Assembly (NCBI GenBank): GCA_951406725.2
Contig: OX597815.1
Location: forward strand, 73,284,001-73,348,000
From: Octopus vulgaris
Taxonomy: Eukaryota
DNA length: 64,000 nucleotides
Direction of reading: 5' to 3'
The notes under the pieces are model-generated. The model saw only the letters and a list, made by a program, of their open reading frames with translations. It was not told the origin of the DNA and made no database searches. Positions 36,195 through 49,680 of the stretch are shown piece by piece; the stretch's first letter is position 1; every line of letters begins with the position of its first letter. A program made the translations under genes and the position numbers.

Positions 36195-37009
36195 AAAGCG
36201 TTTAATAATATATTTAAAATCCATGGTGAATCTAAATATTCCTTTGCGACACACTGTTTAATGACGACCATCCTATGCTAACGATGAGTATTTTTGTTTT
36301 TCGTCTTTATCTTCAGGAATGAAGGCTACACCGGATTGTTAGTGCAACGCTATAAACTGAGAATGAATTGAACTAGCGACCTGCTGAATTGAAATACTTA
36401 GTTATGGACTTGCAGATTGCTTGGGCATTGTTACAAACTTCACGAAAGTACTGATGAAAGTAGAACCTGGACGACATCCAGTTTGACGCATATAAGGATC
36501 TTCAAAGCTTACTGTTGTTAATATACGGAGTTGGTGGGAGTGCATTCGATGTAATTAAGCTTCGGAAACGGTTATGAGAGTGCTCTTAGAGATGAAGGGA
36601 CTGTTGCAGCGTACAGAAAGCATTTAAATCCCTGGGGTATGTATTACAATTTTTTTCAAAGTGAAGAGGCGGGGAATAGGGAAGGCAGAAGCAGTTAGAG
36701 GAGAGCTTCTGACATTGGGTGGTACCACTTCCTCCCCTTCGGGTGGTGGAAAATTTTATATGGGCACTCGGTAAATTTTGGTATTTTCATCCGCACGATA
36801 TTCACCAAGAAAAAAAAAAACACTCGGATTTTTTGCGTGGAATCAAGTACCCTGACCTCCTAATGTGAAAAACCCCTTTTGTTCGGAAAAAGAAGGGTGG
36901 GTGGGAAAACGGGCCCCACTCCCACTTCCATCTCGGAATCATTGCAAATTTTTTTCTCCTTTCGTTGAATGAATTATAGTGACCTAATATGCTACAAAAC
37001 AGGAGAACA

Positions 37010-37410
37010 GGACAGTGATTAGATGCAGGAGAGTCACTTTAACACTACCCAAACCCACCGTTGCACTCTAAAAGGTTAGTGGTCACTGTATGGTGCTCTG
37101 CGAAGGGAGTTATTCATCATTCATTTTTGCAACAAGGGAAAACGGTAACAGCAACATCGTATTGCCAGGAAATTGATTGTATGCATGAGAATTTGAAAAA
37201 GAAGCAACCCAGACTAGTGAATCGAGATGACTCAATTTTGCTCCACGACAATGCACGTCCTCACACTCATCAAGCTACGGTCCAAAAGTTGTAAAGCCTA
37301 AATTATGAGATTTTGCAACACCTTCCCTATTCCCCTGATATCTCTCCTACTGATCATCACTTATTTACTTATTTAAACATTTTGAGCTTTTCATAAGCAA
37401 TAAAATATTC
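37010..37410 (+). pseudogene. Mariner transposase catalytic-domain relic
   Basis: VTVWCSAKGVIH, LLHDNARPH, HLPYSPDISPTDHHLF. Confidence 0.85.
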
Positions 37411-37449
37411 TTAAATAGCGAATATTGCAATGTTATTTTATTTACTTAG

Positions 37450-38288
37450 CTTTACATGTTTGCACTTTTATCACCTTAAAAGTATTCTCCATTTGAAGTA
37501 ATGCATCGGTACAGACTCGTTTTCCACTGTTCGAAGCAGTGCTAGAATTCTTGCGAAGTGATGCCATTTAACGCTTCTGGCGTTTTTTTTTTCTTCATAT
37601 CTTCTACATATTCAAATTCCCTATCACCACCAGTCATGACCTCCGAAAATGGTCCGGATCAACTTCCAACTGTTCTTTCAGTTCATGACACGTATTCAGT
37701 CATCACTGCTTTTGATCTCCTTGAGCAAGTGAGGAACAAATTTTGCAGTAATTCTTTTCATTCACAATTCCTCACTCAAAATTCATTGGCAGGAGCTCCG
37801 GGACACTCCAGTCATACCAACAAGTTCGTAAATTGTTCGGTGATGCTCCTCCACGATCAGTTCATGAATTTTCATGTTTTCATTCGTTCGGGAGGTCGAC
37901 AGCCGCCCTAAACGAGGTTGGTCTTCAAGCGACAAGTGACCATTCCTAAAGCGCGAAAATCACTCGTAAACTTGTGTTTTGCTCATGGCACCGTCCTTGT
38001 AAGCTGTTTGATGCATGACAATTGTTTCGGCAGCCGTTTTCGCCAGCAGAAAACTGAATTTCATTGAAGACGCTACTCTTTCGTTTCAGCCATAGCAAAA
38101 ATCGACGAACAGGGTAGAGGCACTGCAAAATAAAGACGCACCACGTGGAAGTATGATCTCAATGAACAACGCTGGTCGGCAGGCGAATGCCTGAGGGTCA
38201 CATCAAGTGGCTTCTAGAGGCGGAAGCCTGAACTGCAACGGACGTGTCCCACAGAGAACGTTTCCGGTTACTTTTGGGCACCCTCTCG
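37450..38288 (-). mobile_element. Internally deleted mariner element
   Basis: One TIR CGAGAGGGTGCCCAAAAGTAACCGGAAA next to TA (38289-38290); peptides MSKTQVYE*FSRF..EDQPRLGR, AKFVPHLL and CFEQW..RCI..NGEYF. Confidence 0.8.
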
Positions 38289-38460
38289 TATATGCATATG
38301 TGACATTTTTACTTTACTAAATGTTGATGAAGGGGCATTGAAAAGTGTAGGACACTAATTAGAATAAGTTCGAGAAGCACTGAGCTACAGGATCCGGGGG
38401 AAAGAAATGAAAATGATGAAGGCTAGTTCGTAGAAGAAGAAGGAGAAGAATGGTGCAGGA

Positions 38461-41400
38461 TGTAGGTCACTGCCCGTGGGCTCATAACAGACGAACTATC
38501 GACAGGAACTCCACTGCGGGCTAGTTAGCGAGCTGATCCGCAGAGAGAAGAGACATCCGTTTAGGCGGGAGAGGAGTGTGGGGATTTAGATGGCCGATCG
38601 TATTCGCCTTCACAATGTAGCTAATTGAAACGAAATGAACTATACACCGACACGCTCTTGTTCCTGATTACTTTTATGCATAAATTTACAAAGCTATAAG
38701 TGGTGACCCCGTAGTAGAAAATACGCAAACAGAGCAAGCGACCACACCGCCGCACTGAAACTCCTACAATTCTGGCCGAAGCGGGCCGAGGTACAGTTTG
38801 CACAGGTTGAAGCACAATTCAATATAAGGGAGATCACCGCGGATCTGATGAAGTATTCCTTTGTTACAGCAGCACTGGATGAGGACACAGCAACAAGGGT
38901 GCTAGACCCAACCGCTGGCCACTCACAAATACGCCACTTTGAAAGAGAGATTCGTGGAAACATTCCGGCTTAGCGACCGGAAACGGTAGCCAAGATAGTG
39001 GATGCGGAAGAATTAGGCGATTCCAAGCCTTCCGAGCTCATGGATAGGATCCTGGCATTAGTGCCCCCCCCCACCTCCGTGAGTCACCGTTTTTGTTTAG
39101 GGAGATATTCCTCCGTAAATTGCCACCCCAGGTCTAGTTCCTCATAACTCAGACCGAGATTAAGGACCTGCGGTAGTTAGCGAAAGCGGTTGACAAGCAA
39201 TTTTTGTCCTACGGGGATACGATCAACGTCATAAGGTCAACCCCGAGACATAGTAAAGTTATACGAGATGATCTGTGTTTCTCTCACACGAAGTTTGGGA
39301 CAAAGGTTACCAAGTGTAAGCAACCTTGTAACTTCAAGAGCTCTTTGCTATTGGCCCCAAGAAAGTCCAAGGCCGGCCACCATTGAACACTCTGGTGGCC
39401 GGCAAACACGATCAACTGCTCCTGAATGTCCACAGTCGGAGCTCCGGACGAAAAATCCTAATCGACACAGGAGCAGAAGTCAGTGTGATCTCAGCTTCGG
39501 CAAGGACCTTCGTTACTGGCCACCAACAACTCCACAATCGAAGCGTACGGTCACTGCATTATCTCTCTTCACACCAGTTCACAGGCATACACGTGGGCTT
39601 TCACCGTCGCTGATATCCATCAGCCCATTATCGGAGCGGTCTTTCTTCAGGCACACTCACTGCTGATAGATCTTCAAAGGAGACGACTCTTCAATAGCAA
39701 CACGTATGCTATCGTTTCTCTTGCAACATCTGCACATGCCGCTCCTCGCATAGCAGCAGTCTCTGAGACCGAGAAAGCATTCTCTAATCTCCTTATGAGC
39801 TGCTCGAATCTCACTACCTCAACATTTTCCAAACCTACAATACGCCATGGAGTGAAGCACCACATCTCCACTACCGGCCCTCCAGTGCACAGCCAGGCGC
39901 ATCGGCTATTACCAGACAAACGTGCTATTGCGAAGGCCAAGTTCGACAATATGGAAGCTTTGGGTATCGTTCGCCGATCATGCATTCCCTAGTCGTCACT
40001 CCTACATGTAGAACCAAAACCCAATGGAGGTTGATCTTGTGAAGATTATCGCCGTCTCAACGCACACACAGCACCCGAACGCTACCCCTTGTGCACATAC
40101 AGGACTTCTCAGCCCAGTTTTCTCGAAGGTTGACATAATCCGAGGTTACCACCAAATACCAGTACGAGACGACAATGTACCTAAAACCGCTGTGATCACT
40201 CCTTTTGGGTTGTACGTACACCTTTCGGCCTAAAAAAATGCGGCACAGTCCTTCTAACACTTAATGAACACAGTGTGCATAGGTCTTGATTTTGTCTTTG
40301 CATACTTAGATAATATCCTTGTCGCAAACCAAAATGCGGAGTTACTCAAGAAACACTTAGTGACCTTTTTTGATAGGTTGGAACAAAATAGTTTGGTAAC
40401 CCCGACAAGTGTGTATTTGGTGTTAAGGAAATCGACTTACTGGGACATCAAATCACAGGTGCAGCTGCTACACCCCTGCCAGAAAAAGTGAAAGTTAGCC
40501 TGTCCTTTCCACGCCCCATAACAAACAAGGCTCTGCACTAATTTATGAGTCCGGTAAACTTTTATCATCGTTTCATCTCCTCCGCAGCAAGAGTTATGAG
40601 ATCTCTGTACAAAACACTGTCAAAAGAGGGTTCAAAAAGACAAGTGGAGTGAGACAGTGCAATGATCTCAGCCTTCAAATCCACGAAAGGAGCTCTTGCT
40701 AAAGCAACCATACTTTCCCATCTTCACATGGACTGTACTCACAGTTGATGCCTCCGACATAGCCATTATAAGCGTCTAGGAACAATACATCAACGGTCAG
40801 TGACGACCTCTCTCCTTCAGTCGACAACTACCTGAATAGAAATACAGCGCTTTTGACAGGGAACTACTAACCATCCATCTAGGTGTTCGCCATTTTTGCT
40901 ATTTTCTTGAAGGTCGTATTTTCACAGTGTTCACAGACCACAAACCACTCATCTTCACTATGAGTAAGCTCTCAGAGCCATGGTCAGCAGCGACAGTTAC
41001 CGGCCATTTTTTAATACACTACGGATATTCAACACATAGCCGGAAAAAGCAATCCAGTCACTGATGCACTCTCTAGAACCCGTACCTACTCTGACACCTA
41101 CATAGTTTTTATAACAGAATGTCTGGATTTTGAGGCTATGATTGCAGTTCAACAGACAGTGGGTGAGATCAGGGGCTACCGCACTACCATTACCTCCCTT
41201 TCGTTGCAGGATGTGCACTTTGGCTCCAACAGAACAATCCTACTTTGTGATGTACCCACTGGGAAGCCACGACCAAATCGTCCCATTAGCCTGGCGCCGG
41301 AGGTTTCTTGATATTATTCACGGGCTCTCCCACCCGGGTACCAGAGCCACCGACGCCTGATGTCAAGCAAATTCATCTGGCATGGTGTGACCAAGCAAAT

Positions 41401-42823
41401 TGGGGGGGTGGACTAAAACCTGTACCTCCTGTCAACAAGCCAAAATCCATTAGCATGGCTATGAACCCACCACAGGCCCGTTTCTGCTACGTCAACATTG
41501 ACCTCGTTGACCCCCTACTACCTTCGCAAGGTTTCTCCTTGGTGGACCGCTTCACTCATTGACCTGAGGCTATACTTATCCGCAGCACGGAAACACAAAC
41601 TGGGTCGTCCATTTCGGTGTCCCAGACAGCATCTCATATGATCGTGGGCCTCAGTTCATCTCAAAGATGTGAAATGACGTGTGAACTTTTTGGCATTACA
41701 ATGAAATGTACAACAGTCTACCATCCCCAGGCCAACGGCTTAGTAGAGAGATTTCACCATCGCTTGAAGGAATCCCTCACAACCAGACTTAATGAGCCCA
41801 ACTGGATCGATCAACTTCCATAGTTGATGCTGAGAATCCACACCGCCACAAAGGAAAATTTCGACACTTCTTCCACAGAAATGGTAAACGGTGTCTCACT
41901 TACGGTGCTGGGAGAGTTCCTTCTATATACAGGGTCAGACCCAAATGTCCAAGGTTATCTCGCGCACTTGAGAGACATTGTGGGCCAGTTACACCCTACT
42001 CCCATGTCAACACATGGTACACCTAAGTCATCCGCAACAAATGATCTTCACAAGCCGAAGTTTGAGTTCGTTCACCGGGACACACGACGAAAAATCCTTC
42101 AGTGACCCTATGATGGCTCTTATGAAGTGATAAATCATTTTAACTCCTGATTGGCGGACGACAAGACACGGTTTCCATCGACAGATCGAAACTAGCCCAT
42201 CTCGATATCGACAGCTCCGTTCAAGTAGCTCAACCGCCTGACAAAGGCTGCCCTAGGCAAGTCACACCAACCCCTGACAACGAACAGTCGCCAAAGAGCC
42301 GAGTAATCACGCGCACAGGCAGGGTGGTTAAAACTCCCGGTGCCAATGACAGTCAACAGTTCTGAGGGGGAAGCTATATGTAGGGCAATGCTTAGCGGTA
42401 TTTCGTCTGCCGCTACGTTCTTAGTTCAAATTCCGCCGAGGTCGACTTTGCCTTTCATCCTTTCGGGGTCGATAAATTAAGTACCAGTTTCGCACTGGGG
42501 TCAATGTAGTTGACTTAATCCATTTGTCTGTCCTTGTTTGTCCCCTCTATGTGTAGCCCCCTGTGGGTAGTAAAGAAATATATATGTAGGGCACTGCCCA
42601 TGGACTCATAACAGACGAACTGTAGACAGGAACTTCAGTGCGGGCTAACTAAAGAGGTGGTCCGCAGAGAAGGGACTTCCAGTTAGGCGAGAGAGGAATC
42701 TGGGGATTTAAATGGCCAATTGTACTCGCCCTCAGAGTGTGTTGCTGATTGAAACGAAATAGACAAACAGCGACATACTCTTGTTTCTGATTATTTTTAT
42801 ACATAGCTTAACAAAGCTATAAC
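38461..42823 (+). mobile_element. Decayed Ty3/Gypsy LTR retrotransposon, CsRN1-like clade
   Basis: LTRs 38461-38699 and 42379-42823 (interrupted by a SINE); PBS TGGTGACCCCG (tRNA-Trp type) at 38701; PPT GAGGGGGAAG at about 42364; gag CFSHTKFGTKVTKCKQPC (Cx2Hx9Cx3C); protease LIDTGAEVSV; RT GYHQIPV, KTAVITPFGL, YLDN; RNase H TVDASD, YSAFDRELL; integrase HGLSHPG, YHPQANGLVERFH; many stops and frameshifts. Confidence 0.92.
42388..42580 (+). mobile_element. 5'-truncated SINE family B (tail type 1) inserted at the start of the 3' LTR
   Basis: 13-bp TSD TATATGTAGGGCA at 42375-42387 and 42581-42593. Confidence 0.9.
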
Positions 42824-43691
42824 GGTAGTAGAAAAGAGAAATCTGCTTAGTATACGTTTGGGTAAGAGTGTAGATGTTCTGTCAATTGCCTTGAATCAGT
42901 GATGGGTGACGTTAAGTAATGCTACACTGTATCTCTGTGCAAAGACGTGGCACATTTCACCGAATATGAAAAGGAAAGAGAGAGAGAGGAGGAGGAGGAG
43001 GAGGAGGAGGAAGCAGCGGCGGAGGAGGCAGCTTTAGCGGAGGAGGGGCGGAAGAAGAGGAGAAGGAGGGAAATTCGAGCTAGGAATTAAGTCAGTGTGA
43101 TTATAACGAACAAAGGTGGAAAAATCGAAAGGAAAGCAACAGGAGTATCATAGATGGCTGAAGTAAAATCAAGAGATGGGCGGAAAGTGGTGATGAAATC
43201 AATGTCTGTATCCATAGAGAATGCAGTGTAAACCGATGGATGTCATTGACATGATGACTGTACAAATCCTGAATAGGGTCAGTGAACTCTTCCTCGATAT
43301 AGCTAACAAAGAGGCTGGTATTTTGTTCGTGGTTGTGTGCAGTGACCTGGCTGCATTACATTGATGGTAGAAAAGGGGATTGCTCCTTAATCTTGAAATC
43401 AATTGATATGTAATTGAATCGTTTCATGAATCTGTTTCGTTTATTTGCACAAATACGACTCGTGTTATTTTTATGGTGATGTCAGGTAGTTTTCAGACAT
43501 TAGCGTCTTCTTCTAGCAAGCAGTTGGACTCGTATTCGTACGTGTTCGCTCCTGATATATATTTTTATATATCAATTTATAAATTGATTAATTTTACCTT
43601 AATAGGTTGATTGCATGCTAGCTACCTGATAAAATCTAACGTAGATTTTAATAATAAAATATATTTATTCTTTTTAATAAAAAAATATATT

Positions 43692-43723
<32 letters not shown>

Positions 43724-43789
43724 TGTATGTATGTATGTATGTATGTATGTATGTATGTATGTATGTATGTATGTATGAGTGTGTGTCAT

Positions 43790-44172
43790 TGTACTTGCCT
43801 CCTACCACTTCTTGACAACTAGTATTGGTTTGTTTACATCCTTGTAACCTAATGGTTCGGCAACTGATAGAATAAGTACCAGACTTTATATATATGCAGC
43901 ACGGAATTTTGTCAATGAACAGGTCGCGGACTCAAAACGACGAAAATGTTTTGGGAAATTAAATTTAAATGTTGAAGTGAATCTAACGGTTTCTATGTGC
44001 TTATTAAAAGGCTTATAAACACCTTCCGTGCTGCAATTGTTTTCGTTCCAGCACATGATCTCAGATCAGGTCACTTGCTATGCAAGTACATCTCCGTAAT
44101 GTATATATATATTAAGGTGGTGTTCCAGCATGATCGCAGTCCAATGGCTGAAACAAGTAACAGATAAAAGAT
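43790..44172 (+). mobile_element. SINE family A 3' half, interrupted by a TA-flanked insert of about 220 bp
   Basis: The SINE sequence breaks after AGTACCAGACTT (about 43887) and resumes at AAGGTGGTGTTCCAGCATG (about 44114). Confidence 0.7.
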
Positions 44173-44737
44173 AACCAATAACTTTGAAATGCTTTTCTCA
44201 TAGGCAGAAACGATGTTTTACGATTGCATAATGTAAAAGACAAATCAGTTGTACTTAAAAGTTAGGTACGAGTCCAAGAATCGAAACTAAAACTGCATAC
44301 TTTAAATTGTCTCTTTCATCTTATATTCATGGTTTATAATTAAAAACAGAAACACTTTATAATATACTTTGAGTATATTTGGAAATCTATTGTGTTTTGT
44401 GGCAGATTTTCTCATAATGCAATAAATATGGCTCTCGCCGCTTTTGTAGTTGGTGTGGTAGATTTGAGCTGAAATCACAAGAGATCCTAACAATTCTGAT
44501 ATTTTGTTCATCAGGATCTGATATTATTTCTACAAAGATTAGAGATTAGCATAAATAAAAATTATTGATGAAAAGTAAGAAAAATAAAATAATAATTATT
44601 TGCAGGAAAAATTAGTTTCCCCAACTGCCAAATCGATTTATATCCATTTCGTCTCTCTCTGAACAATTTTCTCCATAAACCAACATTACACTATTTTATA
44701 ATAAAACTACAAAGAACAAACGAGTTGTTTATCATCG

Positions 44738-44831
<94 letters not shown>

Positions 44832-44878
44832 TATTATTATCATTATTGTTGTTGTTGTTATTATTATTATTATTATTT
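44738..44878. repeat. (ATT)n microsatellite
   Basis: Directly visible. Confidence 0.95.
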
Positions 44879-45755
44879 TTCTACCCCCTCTAGAGACTTA
44901 TCTTTCCCCATGTAATGAAATTAAAATGAACAGTGTGGTATGTAAGTTCGACAGAGAGCTTGGTGCATTCAATGACCGGCCATTGTTGACTAAATAAAAA
45001 CTATTCCGCTGAAGTTACATCTAAAATGCAGAAACAAATATATTGTCGGTGAGCAAATAAAAGCGGATATGTTACGTGTCATTCAGGTTTGATGAATGCG
45101 GTCCGTTTACTGTCAGGAAATAGGGAAATATAGCGCAAACACCTAAACTCTTTGATTTCTACCATTTAATAAGGAAAGTATCTGTATCGGAGTCTTCTAT
45201 TGATCTTTTCTGACACTATTCACAAGACAGCAATAACAGTGGAAATATATTGGATTCATTACAGAGAGCTGCTGTATTGTCTTTTGAGAAGGAGAGAGAG
45301 AGAGAGAGAAAGATAAAATAAGGGCGGAAAGGGAGAAAACAGAGAGGCAGACGGAGAAACAAGAGAAGGAGACGGAGTGACATATACATAGAAATGGAGT
45401 GAGGGGAAAGAAAAAGGGAGAGGAAGGAGTGTGATATTGCTGCTATGATCTTTCCTTCTCGTTCTCCTCCTTATCGCAGATATGTGGATATGCGTATATG
45501 CATGAATATGTGCGTTTTTGTCTGTATCTATTTGCTCCTCTATTTGTGTGTGTGTATATCTACACAACCCATACATACATACATACATACATACATACGT
45601 ACATACGTACATACGTACATACGTACGTACGTACGAACGTACGTACATACATACATACATACATACATACATACATACATACTTACGTGTGTTTAAATGA
45701 AATCTACCTAAATATATCGACTACAAAAAGTTTATTGAATGAGATCAGTGATCAC

Positions 45756-45788
<33 letters not shown>

Positions 45789-45891
45789 GAAATAACACGT
45801 TTATAAGGTATTAGAAATCAAACTTCCCTTTATCAAGTCAATATTAATGTTCTTTTATGAGTGAAATAAGCTAAACAAAGGGGACGTCAAA

Positions 45892-45957
<66 letters not shown>

Positions 45958-46297
45958 CATATACATATAATACGTATATATATAATGTGATGCCGTGGTG
46001 TGCATGCATTTCTCACGAAAATATGAAATTCTTTATACGTAACTAAACGGCTCATCTTAAAATCGAAACTGCTTTGCAAATTCGATTCACAGAAAACTTC
46101 AATCGAACCGCATTGTATCACAAGAGAATATCTTATTGATTTTTCGTCGATGGTGATGGAGGCTGCTTCAGAGCTGGTGTTAGTATATGTGTGTATGTAG
46201 GTCTGTGTACGTGTGTTTGTGAATGTTTGCCTATGTATGTGTATGTATATGTGTATTTGTATGCGTGTATGTATTCTGCGTATGTATGTATGTGTGT

Positions 46298-46541
<244 letters not shown>

Positions 46542-46613
46542 AATATTAATAAAAAATATACATATACTTACGTATTGAGTTCTATTTCTTTTACTTGCAT
46601 CACCATACCTATA

Positions 46614-47440
46614 CGAGGGGTGCTGAAAAGTTCCTGACTTTAAGAGTATCGCTGGAGGGTAGAGCTGATACCTTTACTGTTGAGAAGATATGCAAAAATC
46701 ATGATGGTATACAATATATTTTTCTCTTTTTTGCAGGTTGACGCATGATGGCAGCACCTGCAGTGGATTTTGGTAAAATTGAAGTACGGGCGGTCATGAA
46801 GTTCCTCTTTTTGCAAGGCAAAGGAGCAGCGTAAATTCATGGCGGGATGAAGGAAGTCTTGAAGGATGGCTGCCCCATAGTGAAAATCTGGATGTCAAGG
46901 TTTCAGACAGGTCATTTCGAGGACGCCGATGACCCCCCAGTTAGGACGATCAACTTCCGTGACCACAGAGGACAAAACTGACGCTGTGCAGGTTATGATT
47001 CTCGAGGACCACCAGATTTCAGCTAAAGTCATAGCTGAGACTCTGGGGATTTCCCGCGAAATAGTTGAGCACATCGTCCACAACATTCTGGACATGAAGA
47101 GGCTTTCTGCAAGATGCGTGCCGAAATGCCGGAATCCAGATCGGGTGTGTATCAGAATGACATCAAAGGCGATTTTGGATCGGTTTGCAGTTGGCGAGGT
47201 TGATTTTATGGCTCATTTAGTCACTTATAAATAAAACTTATTTTCATCATTATGATTCCCAGACCAAGCAGCAATCAATGAAATGGCGTCACAGCGGTTT
47301 ACCGCGTCACAAGACGTTTTGGACCCAGAAATCATCTAGAAAGGTTCTGACTTCAGTGTTCTGGGACAAAGACGGTGTACTCCTCATAAGACACCTGCCA
47401 AAGGGCCGCACCATCAACGCAGAATACTACATGTCTCTTT
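46614..47440 (+). mobile_element. Mariner element, 5' TIR plus decayed transposase (3' truncated)
   Basis: TA then CGAGGGGTGCTGAAAAGTTCC; RAVMKFLFLQGK, LDMKRLSARCVPK, HYDSQTKQQS..W, KVLTSVFWD..GV, GRTINAEYY. Confidence 0.85.
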
Positions 47441-47689
47441 AAGCGAAAGCCATTAGCGTCACAGCATCACATTTTCTTGTTTTTTAGAAAATATAACACT
47501 TATGCCAAGTCAAACAAAACCAAAGTTTCATAGGATAGAATAATGGTGTTTGTAACTTTCCGTCCCATGTCCCAGGCAGAGAGCGTTTCTTTTGACTATA
47601 TACTCAAAGTGTTTAAGTAACGCAAATAGCTATTTGAACTTACATCATTTTCTATTCTTCAGTTCTTGTAGAGTTGCTTTTATATCTTT

Positions 47690-47892
47690 TATCTCTTACT
47701 TCTTTCGGTCATTAGACCGTGACCATGCTGGGGCACCGCCTCGAGGAATTTTTAGTCGAATGAATCGACTCCAGTACTTTTTAAAAAAAAGCCTGGTACT
47801 TATTCTGTCGATCTCTTATTCAACCGAACCGCTAAGTTACGGGGACAAAAACACACTAATACCGGTTGTCAAGCGGTGGTGGGTAACAAACA

Positions 47893-47927
<35 letters not shown>

Positions 47928-48240
47928 GACAGGTTTCTTTCAGTTTCCGTCTTCCAAATCCACTCATTTTGTCCGACACGCTAGAGATTCTGTCAGCTCT
48001 CCGCCTTTGTAGAAATTCATAATCTTTTCTGGTACAGGCGGAAGGGCTCCGAAATTTTTGCGTGAGTTGAGGATAGTGGATTACATCAACGCCAGTGTAT
48101 AACGATACTTATTTATCGACACCCAAAAGGATGAAAAGTAAAAAATCAACCGCAACGGGATCTGAATTCAGAATGTAAAGAACCGGAATAAATGCAGCAA
48201 AGCATTTTGTCCGACCTACTAACGATTCTGCCTGCTCGCA
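47690..48240 (-). mobile_element. Adjacent SINE family A (47690-47968) and family B (about 48025-48240) copies
   Basis: Similarity to 5312-5580 and 4658-4866 respectively. Confidence 0.75.
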
Positions 48241-48539
48241 GTTTTCTAGAAATTAATAATGATAAAAAGTTATGTAATTTTAACCAATCGGAAACCTCCA
48301 TTACCGACATATCGGAAGTTGCAATTGTCTCTTTCTTAATTTCAGTTTCGAGCTGTCGCTGTTTCCTTTTTGTCATTTAAGAGAAAATAAATTAGCATCA
48401 CTGGATCTCATTATATTAACTACAAAGTTATAGATCCTTCGTTCCTCATCAACAGAAACCCAAATTGGTTCATGTAGGACATGTCATGTCAATGATTCCA
48501 GTTCACTTTCCAACGCCGATGAATGACTAACGGTCGGAG

Positions 48540-49680
48540 GTTTTAGATACAACCATCACTCCTCTTTATATTCCAGTTTTGTGCTGTAGCCCTTACTCTC
48601 CGCCAGGGTCCTTCCCGTTTAGTCCTTGATGTCATCACTTCATCTTCGTTTTTGCTTCCCGTAAGTCTCTTTTACGTTTACCTAGCCATCAAGGATATTT
48701 TTGGCTCTGATAACGGTGTCAAAATATTGCAGCTTTCGCCAGCTTATCAATGTCACCAGATCTTGGTCACCCGATTTCATCTCCTCCTGGACAGGGAGCT
48801 TTACCTTTTGACCGACAGATTTCAAAAATAATTTTTTTGTAACTAAACACTTTCAAACTTCGGACACTGGTAAAACGTGTCATATAAAACATCTTTTACT
48901 CTTCGCGCTGTTGAGAAAATTCTGTATTTTGGGAGTTATTTTTTGTTAAAATTCTCGTATTTCAGTAATTTCAACCAATCAATGATGTATATTCAGCTGA
49001 ATAAAATTACTGCTGTTGTTTGTCAACAAGAACTTGCGGGGGTGTATATTTCGTTTGTCACTGTTATTTATGACAATCCTAACCCTAACAGCTTAACCCT
49101 AACCCTAAAACCTTAACCCTAACCCTAACCCTAAAACCTTAAAGCTAAAACCAGTACAAACGCACGAACGATGTCATAAATAACAGTGACAAACGAATAA
49201 TACACTGCCGGAAGTTCTTGTTGACAAACAAGGGTAGTAATTTTATTCAGCTGAATACACGTCATTGATTAGTTGAAATTACCGAAACACGACTACTTTA
49301 ACGTGAAATAACTTCCTAAATATAAGCTTTTCTCAAAAACGCTAAGAGTAAAAGATGTTTTATAAGACACAGTCTACCAGTGTCCGAAGTTTGAAAGTGT
49401 TTAGTTACAAAAAATTATTTTTTAAATCTGTCGGTCAAAAGGTAAAGATCCCTGGACTGTTCTATCGACCACCCACCTGATTTACAGAACTCACCTGTAG
49501 CGCATCATCTTCAATACCCTCAGTCGTTTGGTACCAGCCACTGTTAGGGTCCATGCTTAACACACATTTTACAAGTCTACTGGCCAGATGAGGGTTTCCA
49601 GATATTTCAGCTTGATGTTTTTGTTGAAGACGCAGTTTTTACTAACAACACCGAATGGCTTCAGAGCTGATTTCCTGGTT
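48540..49680 (-). pseudogene. RTE-like LINE C-terminal relic interrupted by a foldback element
   Basis: Minus-strand AWTLTVAGTKRLRV..YR*VL*IRW, RKLQYF and QKRR*SDDIKD*TGRTL. Confidence 0.55.
48795..49451. mobile_element. 657-bp foldback (Merlin-like) element with inverted arms of about 280 bp and a central (CCCTAA)n spacer
   Basis: GGAGCTTTACCTTTTGACCGACAGATTT / AAATCTGTCGGTCAAAAGGTAAAGATCC; arms about 48795-49075 and 49172-49451; 8-bp TSD CTGGACAG / CTGGACTG; the left arm is homologous to the interior of 6916-7342. Confidence 0.88.

Noticed and set aside
49078-49145. Chromosome end or fusion scar suggested by CCCTAA repeats
   Set aside because: A short, degenerate tract enclosed within a TIR/TSD-bounded element.
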